Assembly (NCBI GenBank): GCA_051362555.1
Contig: CM120644.1
Span: 9,060,954 to 9,124,953 of the forward strand
DNA length: 64,000 bases
Source: Lingula anatina
Lineage: Eukaryota > Animalia > Brachiopoda
Direction of reading: 5' to 3'
Translations under genes and position numbers: made by a program
Shown: piece by piece, positions 41,501-53,830 of the stretch
Layout: every line of letters starts with the position of its first letter
Numbering within the stretch: position 1 is the first letter of the stretch
The notes under the pieces: model-generated
Database searches by the model: none
Told to the model about the DNA's origin: nothing
Seen by the model: the letters and a program-made list of their open reading frames with translations, nothing else

Positions 41501-41869
41501 CTCTCTCCAGAAAAGGTGGACAATTACAAGGAGATATATCAGGTTTGGCAAAAGCTTTTGTTTAGTGGTGCTATTGCGGATGTGATAAATGCGTCGTTCC
41601 CGATATTTAAGGCTACTTTCCAGCAGAAAAAAGTAGTCCACCACGTTGTTTTGCCGACCCTGGCAGAGGTTGGAGCCCTTGCAAGTGGAACCTCTTTTCT
41701 CGGCTTATGTGCAGACCAATCCCCGTTTGATCAACGTGTTGTCCAGTTCTGTATGGATTACGTGAAGAGTGACGGATACAAGCATGGTTTATACCTTGAC
41801 AGTGAGGGGAAGTGGTGCTTTCCGATGGAAACGTATTATATAACTATCCAAAAAGTTGCAATTAATTAA
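38597..41869 (+). CDS. Methyltransferase copy MT4 (intact, ~345 aa); exons 38597-38727 and 40963-41869
   Basis: Canonical phase-2 intron; RLMDFGGGKGG, VVEP, AVHVLYHL, LKPGG. Confidence 0.9.
39424..40426 (+). mobile_element. Degenerate Tc1-family (DD34E) transposase in the MT4 intron
   Basis: FVYQDDYAPSHRAR..LPWPANSPDINPIENLW..GGLTRY*, with frameshifts and stops. Confidence 0.88.
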
Positions 41870-43344
41870 TGTGAAACAATCAATTAACTTTTTCATTTAA
41901 GCTCGTGGTCGAAGCAAGAAGAAAATATGATGTAATATATTTATACATCATTGAAGGAATGGACTTTGATAACAATATTACTTATAACTGTGCACGGCAA
42001 CAGTGCTGTGTGACAACAAAGGGACATGGGTATCAAAATTTCAACATGGCGGCGGACTTGTGATTACGCTTTCTGCTTGGAATATGCATATTATTTTGCT
42101 TTATATTAATAAAATTTGGAAAATGATTCATTAAACACATGAATATTATCAGGAAACGCTACTTTACAGAGTAGGGCAAGCACGCTGAGATCCTGAATGG
42201 GCGGTTGAACAGCGATGACATGAAATTGTCTCGCGTACGTTTCACGACAACAAGAGAGAACTGCATATAGCTCATTTAATTATCCTCACGTAATATTCGT
42301 GTGACTGGGCCATTACGTCACTAATGGAAATTTCCACCATGTACGCTAGGTCCCTGAGCCAAATACGAATGGGGGAACGATGGTTGTGGGTTAGCTTTTT
42401 GTGCGTTTCTGAAGGAATCGAAACTGGATTGGGTCATTACTTATGTGATTACTAGCTTAGATGACAGGATTTCCTAACAACTTGCTGTTTTATGAAAATC
42501 AGAGTTTATTTCAGGTATTTAAATCTCGAAATTGAATAATTGTGTAGTTCACGTGTATGAGAGATCATGCTTAGTACTGAAGTTGAAAAGGGAAGTAATG
42601 GTAACGCACAATTATCCGTTTTCTTCACTCACCGGAATTTGTGACAAATAACTTTTTTTTGCATTTCTCTAGTGTGTGTGCTTTAAATGATCCTTGAGAT
42701 GACCAATAAACAAACAACAGTATTCTGAGGGCTTTCTTTTCCATAACGTACAGCTGTAAAGCAGACTGGTATGACTGTGTCAAAGACTTTTTAAAAGCGC
42801 TGAGAATTAAAAAGTTAAAAATACACAGTAATGTGTGGAATCACAAAATTGTTTCTTATGATAAGACAAATCCATCCCTTTACAGATAAAAGCACCCCAT
42901 TTGTAATCCAACACATAGGAATATGTTGACAGACTTTCAAAGATGATAACCAATTATTGTTACCCAGTACTGTGGACGTGCACATGTTTTGCTACAGACT
43001 CCTTTACTGATGAGGCAAACCACATCAAGAATAATGCTTTGATCAGACAAATAACATCAAGTCTAACTAACACCTCAGTGTATATTACTTATGTGTGAAA
43101 AAAACGTTCTTAAACACATGTCACGCATATTCACAGAGATGAACATTTTCGTTTAGTCAAGTTCAACTAACAAAATATTGTCACAATTAAATTACGACAC
43201 TATTATGAATATATGACAAAGTTAATTTCATGTGTCAACTGAAAGACAAAACAAGAAAGGTGACCGGAATATTAAAATTGAATGATTAAATAATTTTCGA
43301 CTTAAAATATAAAGAACTGAACACGACTTGGCTATTGTGTTCTT

Positions 43345-43500
43345 TTGGGTTATGTGTAGACCAGTCTCCTTTCTTTCAACGTATTCTCCAGTTCTGCATT
43401 GGTTATGCGGAGTCAAGCATAGACTGTACCTTGACAGCGAAGGGATATGGAGCTTCCAGATGTTATCAGCTAACGAGACGCAACTGACAAAATTAAATTA
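43345..43500 (+). pseudogene. Decayed 3'-end fragment of a methyltransferase copy
   Basis: caacgtattctccagttctgcattggttat..aagcatagactgtaccttgacagcgaagggatatgg matches the end of MT exon 2. Confidence 0.75.
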
Positions 43501-44349
43501 TATCTAAGAACTTTTTTGATATTGATTGCATGGACAAAGCACGAAAAGAATATAATCAAAATATACATATTTGGAGGAATAGGCTTATATAGCGATATAA
43601 GATGCAAAAACGGGCATGTAAATGCTTTGATGTTCTCGGAATCCGTTTCTGATGAGGCAATTTAACATGTAAGTAAATGTCAACGATTAAAAATGTACAG
43701 ACTGTAACAAATTTGGAGGAATTGTTTGAATGAACTTTTTTATATTGATTGCATGGTCATGGAATTGTTTGAATGCTTTTGCAAAGAAATGAGGTCACGA
43801 AGTCAAACCGTTTCATACCTTAACCCATATGTATGATGTGTGTTGCAGGTGCTCGGTGACTGGTCCCTAGGCAGTGACATGCAAGTACTCGGGTTTGACC
43901 TCATAAATCACTTGTGTCTCATTACCATAGTTTTCCACTTAGATCACCAGGCCTGGTAGAGTTGGATGTGAACGTAGAGGTGCCAATTTAAGGACTGATA
44001 AGGAATATTTTAGTTTAGGTAAGAAAATCAATATATTTTACGTTTGGTGATTATGAACACGTAAATATCTCAACAACACGACTTTCCTTCAACGAAGATG
44101 GTTGTGTAAGAGAAGTATTGCTGTATGCTTTGAAAAAAGAATCACGCTTTTATAGTGCCCTCGATTCAGTTTCGGACTTGCCGCACCATTTGGGTGGCCA
44201 GTATAATATAGAGCATAGAATTGGCCTCAAAATGCACTGCTTGTCTTATTTTAAAGGTTTTTCCGGCTAGCTCTCCTTGTCACGAAGTGGAAGGTCACTA
44301 GAGTGAAGTATAAATGGAAAGGTGCCAAGTTTAGGCCTGCTGATAAATC

Positions 44350-45920
44350 ATGGCCGACTATAAGGAAAAAATGAGTCAGTCTTCTGAGGAAGCGATGAGA
44401 CTTAAGCTGCTTGAGGAATTCAAGTATGTTACCTGCTCCCAGGCGTACCATAAAATGTTTAATATTTTGAGGAAAGGGTATGTTAATGTATTAAGCATTA
44501 ATCTATCAAAATATATGTAACTTACTTTTTATTATTATTATTATTATTAAGAATGTATAATTGAAGGTTAACCCAAATATACAAATCGATTGTGTTGAAG
44601 AATATAAATGGCGGGGGTTATATTTCACAGCCTAGCATTATTATTCCTTTAAGACATAAATAGACATTGAGTTCAAAGACACATTTACATTTTGTAATTC
44701 GTACTACTATATTTTCAGCATATATCGGTAGGATGGTGTAGTTGTTCGATGAGCATCTCGGTTGCAGCATTTAGTAATGATTCAGAATTAAGGGCATAAA
44801 GCGCTAAAGGGCAGTTAAATAAGATATTATATGCAGCCTTAAGAACCGAAAAGAAAACTTTATTCAGTTTCTAATCATGGCGAGGAGAAGAAAAAAATTA
44901 CTTTTGTGGATAGATGAGCGTTACATGAAACTTTTGGGCATAATTTTGATTATCAAACTGCCATTGTTAGCCATACATTCATCTATATCCTTTGTTTATA
45001 TTATATTATTTAGGGTGAAGGAAGGTATAAGGCGCAGTGTCAGCCAAACGTTAGATAACTTGCTCTGGAAAACGTTGAACCTATCAGATGTTCCTTCGCC
45101 GGTCCGCATCATGGATTTTGGTGGAGGTACAGGAGAGCTGATGATGGCTATTTCTCAAAAGATGGAGATTCTTCACAAGGAGTTGATCATCAGCGTGGAA
45201 GAACCACACAAAGAGTATCTTGACCAGTACAGAATGTCTGTTAATTATGTCACCAATGCACGTCTCGATGTGACATATTCCGGGCCATTGCAAGACTACT
45301 ATGGGCATTCTGTAGAAGCTCTGAGGGCAGTAAAAGCTTATCCGCAACAGTTGCAGGACAGGGTGTTAGCAGTGCATGTCCTGTACCATCTTACTAGTGT
45401 CTTCGATGATACCTTTGATCCATACGAGAATATGAAACAAGCCATCTCTGCAATGTATGCCATCTTAAAACCAGGAGGAGAGATGGTAATAGTTATGGAT
45501 TGCATAAAAGACCATTTGTTCGAGACTGCCTCTCTTAAGTGTGCAGAGGTTTTGTTTCCCGCTACGTTTGAAAACCACAAGCGATTATATGAAATCTGGC
45601 AAAATATAGTGTATAATGGCGGCATTGTGGACATGTTGAATATGTCGTTTCCAACGTTTAAGGCCACAATGCAACATAATGAAGTTTCCTATCAGGCTGT
45701 TTTGCCAACCATTGCAGAGATAGGGGCCGCTATCTCAATATCTAGTCTAAGTGGGTTATGCGCAAACCAGTCCCCATTCGATCAACGTGTTGTCCAGTTC
45801 TGCGTGGATTATGTAATGGCAGAAGGCTACAAGCATGGCCTGTACCTTGATAGTAAGGGGGCATGGTGCTTTCCATTGAAAACGTACTATATGAGTATAA
45901 AGAAAGAGGCAAATAAGTGA
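44350..45920 (+). CDS. Methyltransferase copy MT5 (intact, ~344 aa); exons 44350-44477 and 45014-45920
   Basis: Canonical phase-2 intron, open frame, same motifs as the other copies. Confidence 0.9.
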
Positions 45921-46840
45921 TCTGTCAAAGTTGAATTAATACTTTATATTCAGAGGCTGGTCAATAAGTTGGCACCAACTTACTTAAATGATCTAGTTAT
46001 TCACAATGTACCTACCAGAATTTTGCGCTCAGTAGATCAACTGTTACTGCTTGAAACCTGTAAAATGGGTCTTAAAACCTCTGCAGTCATCTCTTTATAG
46101 TCCTCTGGTCAAATGGAATGGAGTATGCTGCATGTACCAATTAAAATCCACTGAATTGAATCATCTAATAACTCTTAAAAAGGAGTATCTTTTAAGGAAA
46201 ATTTATCCTAATTTGTTCTCCTAAATGACAGTTAGGGTGTATTTTTAACTATAATCTTAGTCTTTCTTAACTTAAAAAAATACATATCTTGGTAATTGTG
46301 TTCTTGACTACTTGTTTTTTATGTAATGTCCACTGAATATTTTAATGGGTTTTAGACTGTTTAATGGAATGGTATGCCATTCTTAAAACAGGAGGGCAGA
46401 CGGCATACCCACATAATCGATTAACCTGTGTATATCTATGTGAAAAGCAGTAAAAAAATTAACTCAACACTGCTGCCTATGTAAGGTAACAAAATATCTT
46501 AAGAAGTATCTTCTTAATCTAATCAGGGTGTTTTTTTCATATTCCATTTTGATGCCACTGATCATTGATCATCGAGGTATGGATAGCCAAAATCAACAAA
46601 CTATATTTTTAAAAAGCATCTGTTGCTCTCATATGGCAAAGGACAATACTACCAGCCGTGGAAATTAAATTGAAATATTGCGCTATGAATAAAATGGATT
46701 TTTTTTTTTGTAAAAATGAAAATTGACCAATTGTTAGAGACAAATGCATATTTTTGGCAAGAAGTCTCCGGATAATTTGCCCTTGATTTTTGAGGGATAT
46801 TTTAAGCTTAAAAAAGCACTCCCCCTAGACTTCTATAGCA

Positions 46841-46947
46841 AAGTCGAAGCAAAATAAGTGGTGGATCTTCTAATTTGTTCTTATAGGTACAAATAGATTT
46901 CAAATAAGAACAAATTAGAAGATCCACCACTTATTTTGCTTCGACTT
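46841..46947. repeat. Perfect 44-bp inverted repeat with a 19-nt spacer
   Basis: Arms 46841-46884 and 46904-46947 are exact reverse complements. Confidence 0.92.
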
Positions 46948-47225
46948 CGAATGCACGTATTACATTGTTCGCCAAGCAGGTGGTGACTTGAATAACATTA
47001 CTCGATTTTTCTTTCAACCCTTATACCAGTATTTATCATTTTGGCATATTACAACGAGGAACGCCAGCATTTCCGTTTGTCCTTTAAATGTTATTTCAGA
47101 TATGGATTTTTAGCACATACGTCATATCATTTGCGTTACAAGGACTGCTGTTGTAAGCAGTGAAAATAAAGGGGGTCAGGCTTTGGGCTGAATTTGTTGA
47201 AGTTTGTTGAAAGATTGTGCAGAAA

Positions 47226-47787
47226 ATGACTGAATATACCGACGAGCTCGAGATGCAACACAAGCTGCTCGAGGAATTCCAATCAGTTACTTTATCACAA
47301 GCGTACTACAAAATTTGGTGTGCCTTAAGCGAAGGGTGAGTATTAGTACTTTTTGCAGTTACGTTATTCCACATATTGTGATCTGTAAGTGCGGCCTTTG
47401 GTTCATCGCTTCATTCCCGACAGTGGAATTTGCATGAATGAGACCCTATGATCTAAAGAAAGATGTTTTTCACTGAATTTATCGCCTTCGAATTTTTTAT
47501 GATTATAACCAAGGAGTCATTCAGTTAACCTTATTGCATGCAGCGAGAAGCCCCGTAAAATTGCAAAATACGGTAGTTTCATTGGGAATGAACCCTTATA
47601 CCCCAATTACCCCTGTGCTAAACACAAGATTATTCTTCAAAATATCTGCAACCGATATGCTCATTGAACAACTACACCCACCTACCGATATATTCTGAAA
47701 ATATAGTTGTAGCAATTACAAATGTCCAGAGGTCACAATTCTACAAGAGGTATGATAAATGACGTCTGTAATTGTTCCCGCTATAGT

Positions 47788-47836
<49 letters not shown>

Positions 47837-48769
47837 TTATTTACTTCTTCATGAACTTCCAGAATGAATGAAGGCAACATAAAGTTTCACGGCCAAAACA
47901 TTGACAGTAAACTTTGGGACGTACTGAACCAATCGGAAATATGTTCACCAGTACGCATCATGGATTTCGGAGGAGGTGATGGAGAAACAATGGCGCCCAT
48001 CTACAGAAAACTGGACGTCCTTAATAAGGAAATGATCATCAGCGTGGAAGAACCACATAAGGGTTCTCTGAGAGAGTACATAAAGTTGATTGAGAATATT
48101 GGCAAGGCTTCCATTGATATAGCTTACCCCGGGCCTCTTAAAAACTACCTTGGACATACTGTACAATATTTGAGGGCTTTGAAAGCCTATCCACAACAGC
48201 TGCAGGACAGGGTGCTGGCAGTCCACGTCCTATATCATCTGACAAGTATCTTCGATGAGCCCTTTGTTCCATACGAGAATATGAAGCAATCCATCTCAGC
48301 AATGTATGCCATTCTTAAACCCGGAGGGCAGATGGTTATAGTGTTAGATAAAAACGAAGATGATTTACTTGGAGCCGCGTCTCTGAAGTGTTCCGAGGTT
48401 CTTTTTCCACATAAGTTGAAAAACCACAAGTTGCTATTTGAAGTCTGGCATGATCTTCTTTTCACTGGTGGTATTGCTGACGTATTAAATGCGTCATTCT
48501 CGATGTTTAAGGCTACAATCCAGCTTGAGGAAGTAGTCCGCCAAGTTTTTTTGCCGACACTTGCAGAGGTTGGAACTGCTGTCTCTATAGGGTGTCTTAT
48601 CGGGCTATGTGATGGACAGTCGCCATTCGATCAACGTATTCTCCAATCCTGCATGGATTACGTGAAGACTGACGGATACAAGCATGGCCTGTACCGTGAT
48701 AGTGGGGGAATGTGGTGCTTTCCTCTGAAAAACCATTATATTGCTATCAAGAAAGTCGTAAATACGTAA
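47226..48769 (+). CDS. Methyltransferase copy MT6 (intact, ~338 aa); exons 47226-47335 and 47863-48769
   Basis: Canonical phase-2 intron. Inverted sister of MT3, including intron and flank homology. Confidence 0.9.
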
Positions 48770-49549
48770 TTTGATAATAATTTATGTTTATAAAAACATA
48801 CATATACATGCCTGATATTTGGAGGAATAAGATTATACAGCAATACGGAAGACAGAAACTGAACTGCAGATGTAAATGTATTTGATGCGGTAAACTATAT
48901 TCACTTTATTTAGCCGTTTTATTACCCAACAAAAATAGGCACACCTACCGGTACCTGTACTTTGCGATATTAATGTTTATATTACATATATATTCAGTTT
49001 CATGTAAAAAAACTCACGCCTTGACTGAAAAAGATAAAACAATATAAAAAAAGAATGGAGGTGACATGCTCAAAGAGGGCAGACTTTATTCCATTATTCC
49101 AAGCAACCCACAGAAGAGCAGCTTTAACGCAGAATCTAGCTGGCATTTGACCTAACAAAAAGCTGATAATTTACCGAAATCCAGAGCACGTTTTGTCACC
49201 ATGTTTAATTGGCAAAAATTGTTTCTACTGCATACCTTATGATACCAGTAGATTGCAATGTGAAATTAGTGTACTGACATCTGCATAATCGAACAGCCTA
49301 TCTTAACATTACATCTACAGTACTTGGGAGGCAATTATTAAATTTATTTAACACTAATGTCTATGAATGTCTCTAACATTTGGTAGCAAAGTTATGCATA
49401 TCTTGAAAACTGTCTTTGTGTGCTTATCATCCCCATTTTGGCCACATACATTCTAGCTAACCAGGAAGCTTTGATTCTCATTATCATTTCGATGTCACTG
49501 ACCTCTGGGTCATCATAGTATGTGTGAGCGCCTTAAAATGACATCATCC

Positions 49550-50747
49550 GGTCCCGATTTCAACAAGGCTGGATAGGCTATCCTATGGATAACACTATCC
49601 ATGGTATAAATCTCTTATCCTCTGGATTGTTATCCTCTGTATAAATCTGTGTCTCACAAAGGCTGGATAAACAGCATGATAGTTATCCAGTGGATAAAAC
49701 ATTTATCCAATACCATATTTGGAAAAATACATTCCCAGTTGGTTGCTATAAACATTGTAAAAGCCATGATAATTGCTAACAACAGAAGTGATCTATACCA
49801 TATTTGGAAAATATATTTGGAAAATATATTATGGGTAATTGTGCAAAATTGTTGGTAAATAATAACTTTTGCTGACTCGTCGCATCATAATTTTTAGGAT
49901 GATGAGTCTTATTGAATTTTTGATATATAATTTTTATCCCTAAGGCCATAACATTTAATACAGGCAACAATTTGCTACATTGTTATTATTATTAAAACGA
50001 TTAGGATAGAGGGGTTATATAATAAAAGCGGCCTTGTTTGGCCAAATCACGAACAATCAATACTCCTTGTTGCCTTCTTTCTTGCTATGAATGAGACCAT
50101 AAAAGTTTGTGGTACACTGAGATGGAGGAGACATAAAGGATATTTTAGTGTCAGTGTCAAAAAACAGATCACATTGCGTTAGTTGTGCCTCATGCAATGT
50201 TTACAATTTGCATTGGAAGGGCAAGGTCATGACATACTTTCTAACAAAATGGCTGACTTGGCATGTTTGGCAGATTCTGTCAATATCAATTAAGAATTTC
50301 TTCATCGATTTAAAAGGTATGTTTTTAGTAAAATAAAAGACAATTGGTCTCTCACGGAGGTTGCATGGGTTCTTTTCGTAGCAGGCGCGATGTCAACCCT
50401 GATAAAGTCTGTTATGTAATAAATTGATTCAGTATCACTCAAAGCATCAAAAGCAAACACATATCTTCTATCATTCTCTTTCTAATCATTCTACGCCTGT
50501 GAAATCTCATAGGATTTACTCCCAAAGCAAGCAGGTTCGCCATTTTTGATGATTTAACAGCATGATAGCAGATTTATCCCACCTGTTTCGAGCAGACAAC
50601 TTCATCCTCTGGATAAGCTGATTTATCTCCTGAATAACGCTATCCGTTGTTGACGAAACGCACTATCCTCTGGATAGCGCTATACAGAGGATAGCAGCCA
50701 TTTTTATCCATAGGATAGCGCTATCCGGCCTTCATGAAACAGGTCCC
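49550..50747. mobile_element. ~1.2-kb non-autonomous DNA transposon with repeated TATCC/GGATA subterminal motifs
   Basis: Left end aaggctggataggctatcctatggataa, right end ttatccataggatagcgctatccggcctt; repeated ttatccagtggataa-like palindromes. Confidence 0.7.
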
Positions 50748-51494
50748 TGTATTCCAAGCGTATCAACATTTTTGATGAACTAAGACACCTTATTTTTACT
50801 CTACACACTACATAGGCCTACATGTAGGCCCTACATGTTTTTATCTTTTCTGTGTCGTAGGAAAAGTCTATTCTATATGGCTCAGACACTTACATTGTGA
50901 AGTAGACTTGTACAAAATAGACGGACATCATTTTTAATGAACATGATTAGTGTACAAACTGCCCCTCCCCATTTTTTCAGGACTGTGGACTTAGGCAATG
51001 ATGACGAAAAGGAAAATAACTTTTAGTATTTTAAAGATGAAAAATCTTTTCATATATTGAACGTATCCACTGCCTTTCTTTTTATTCGTTTTTTTTATGC
51101 CTATTAGTAAACACATGGGTCTTTTCAAATCAATCATATAATATTGGATTTTAGATTGATGCTTTTTTAAATTATAGAACCTGACTAGTTTTCATTTATG
51201 CGTAGTATATACTGCAGCAAAGGAATTATGTACAAGATCGCTTTGTTCCACGTGAATATGATTTAGCAGACATAAAAGAAACCCATGCGAAAAGTCTTGT
51301 TTTTAATATGATTTACATGACCACTCAATAAAAGCCTTTGATGTTTGTCTCATCAGACACGGAGTCAAAGCAAAACAAAACATTTACATGTCAGTTTCTA
51401 TAAAAGACTGTTCCTCCGAATATGTATATATTACATCATCCTTTTTTGGTGGTTTGACTATGCTTTCAAAAACAAAGAAAACTCGTATCTTATA

Positions 51495-51660
51495 TCAAAT
51501 TACCCCATTGCGACTTCTTGGATAGTTTATACCATTGGTTTTCAATGGAACGCACCACGCCCCCTCACTATCAAAGCACAGGTCATGCTTGTGACATTCC
51601 TTCATTACGTAGCCCATGCAAAACTGGACAGCACGTTGATGGAATTGAGAGTTGTCTACC
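51495..51660 (-). pseudogene. Decayed 3'-end fragment of a methyltransferase copy, just downstream of MT7
   Basis: Minus strand atcaacgtgctgtccagttttgcatgggctacgtaatg..aagcatgacctgtgctttgatagtgaggggcgtggtgcgttcc matches the end of exon 2, with indels. Confidence 0.8.
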
Positions 51661-51743
51661 TTAATATTTATACACGCCTGTTCAATTAAATATTAGTATA
51701 TATCTTCATTACAATAATTATCCATACTTTGGTCACACACAAA

Positions 51744-53601
51744 TTACTCAATTGAGACCTTCTGGATAGTGATATAATAAGTATTCATTGGGAAGCACCA
51801 CATCCCTTCACTGTCAAGATGCAGGGCATGCTTGTGTCCGTCATTCTTCACGTAATCCATGCAGAACTTGACGACACGTTGATCAAATGGGGACTGGTCT
51901 GCACAAAGCCCGTTAAAACAACCTATAGAGACAGCTGTTCCAACTTCTGCCAGGGTCGACAAAACAACGTGGTGGACAACTTCGTCAATCTGGAATGTAG
52001 CCTTAAACATTGGAAAAGACGCATTTATTACGTCAACAATGCCACCATTGAACAGAAGATCTTGCCATACTTCCAATGTCAACTTCAGATTTTTAAACCT
52101 TTTCGGAAAAAGAACCTCGAAACACTTCAGAGAAGCAGCTCCAAATATATTATCTGCATTGTTACATAACACTATAACCATCTGCCCTCCTGGTTTAAGA
52201 ATGGCATACATTGCTGAGATGGCTTTCTTCATATTCTCGTATGGATCAAAGGGATCATCGAAGGGACTTGTCAGATGGTAAAGGACGTGTAGTGCTAGAA
52301 CCCTGTCCTGTAGGTGTTGTGGATAGGCTTTCATGCCCCTCAGCTCTTCTACAGAATGATCATAGTAGTCTTGAAATGGCCCGGAATAGGTAATATCAAT
52401 ACAGGCCTTGATCGTGCTATCAATTAACTTTTTGTATTTTCTTAGAGAATCCTCGTGTGGTTCCTCCACGCTGATGATCATTTGCTTATTAAGGACGTCC
52501 AGTTTTCTGTAGATGGGCGCCATTGTTTCTCCTGTTCCCCCCCCAAAGTCCATGATGCGTACTGGAGAAGGTATCTCTGATTGAGTCAGTAGGCCCCACA
52601 ATTTACTACGTGTGTCTATGTATTGGTCGGGGAACCTTCTACTGCCTTCGATCATTCTGGAAGAAGAAGTGAAGTAGACACATACACAAACACCCACACA
52701 ATCACAAATTTATACAAACATTTACATGTATCTTATAATTGGCAAATTACAACGATCAGAAATAACGTGATAACAACTTGCAATTGGGTGACATACCTGC
52801 AAACTAACGCGTAATATCTCCTCAACCCTTGTGTGTTCATGCTTCTTTTATCTAAACTTCACTGTCGGGGATTTTAGGATTAAAGATCGGTTAGATATTT
52901 CTATAGTCTTAATGATGTAATTGTAATACGAAAGGATGTCAAACATTTTGAGCTCCAAACATATCTCCATTCAGATAGTATTATGCTTCACACATTTGCA
53001 TTTATGATGTCATAGATCATATATCTGGGTGTAATTTGTTCACTTTTTAGGGGAGACAAAAACCTCAAAAAAAAAAAAATTTAATGGAATTTTGCTTCAT
53101 CAGGACAACGCCCCAGCTCACAACAGCCGAGTTACGATGAAGACTCTGGGAAAGTGTGGTACTGGACAGCTCTCTCGCTCTCCCTATTCTCCAGACCTAT
53201 AGCCTCAGCGACTTCCACCTTTTTCCCAGGATACGAAAACAAACAAAGGATGAACTGACAACTGCTGTGGAGGGATGTATATGGGATCAAGATGCCACTG
53301 TTCTACCGATTGAATATCAATGATTGGCAAAATAGATGGCACAAGTGTGTGGTCCTGCATTGGGGACTAGTTGAAAAATAAAGAAGAATAAATCCAAATA
53401 CCTTATTCTTTTTCGATAAAACTAAATAATATATGGGCTTCCTTTGTAGGTCTTCCAAGAAATATTAAAAACTCACCCTCTGCGACAGATAGGATACGCT
53501 TTGTAGAACGCCTGTGAGAAAGTAACCGATCGAAATTCCTCGAGAAGTTTATGTTGCATCTCAAGTTCTTTGACAGATTCGGTGATTTTTTGCACAGCCA
53601 T
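51744..53601 (-). CDS. Methyltransferase copy MT7 (intact, ~345 aa); exons 53601-53477 and 52656-51744
   Basis: Canonical phase-2 intron, open frame. Confidence 0.9.
53083..53381 (+). mobile_element. Mariner (DD34D) transposase relic in the MT7 intron
   Basis: GILLHQDNAPAH...SPYSPDL..SDFHLFP...RWHKCV..VEK*, with frameshifts. Confidence 0.85.
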
Positions 53602-53830
53602 GGTAAATAAACACATTCGTCTTAAAAAACTATAAATATGATAGAGTTTCTGTAAGCACTATATTCTCCACTTATACCATCGTGATTTATGCAGTAATAG
53701 TATCATGTGACCTTGCACTATTGTTTGCACATCTTAGGTTAAAGATAAGGAACTTGAACTGTGAAATCCATCAACATGCACATTATTATCGGAACAGAGA
53801 CACTGCAACGACCGCTGAAATCGGGAAGCC
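53602..53830. promoter_or_regulatory. Putative bidirectional promoter between MT7 and the DUF885 gene
   Basis: Divergent start codons, both in a CCATGG context, only 229 bp apart. Confidence 0.6.
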
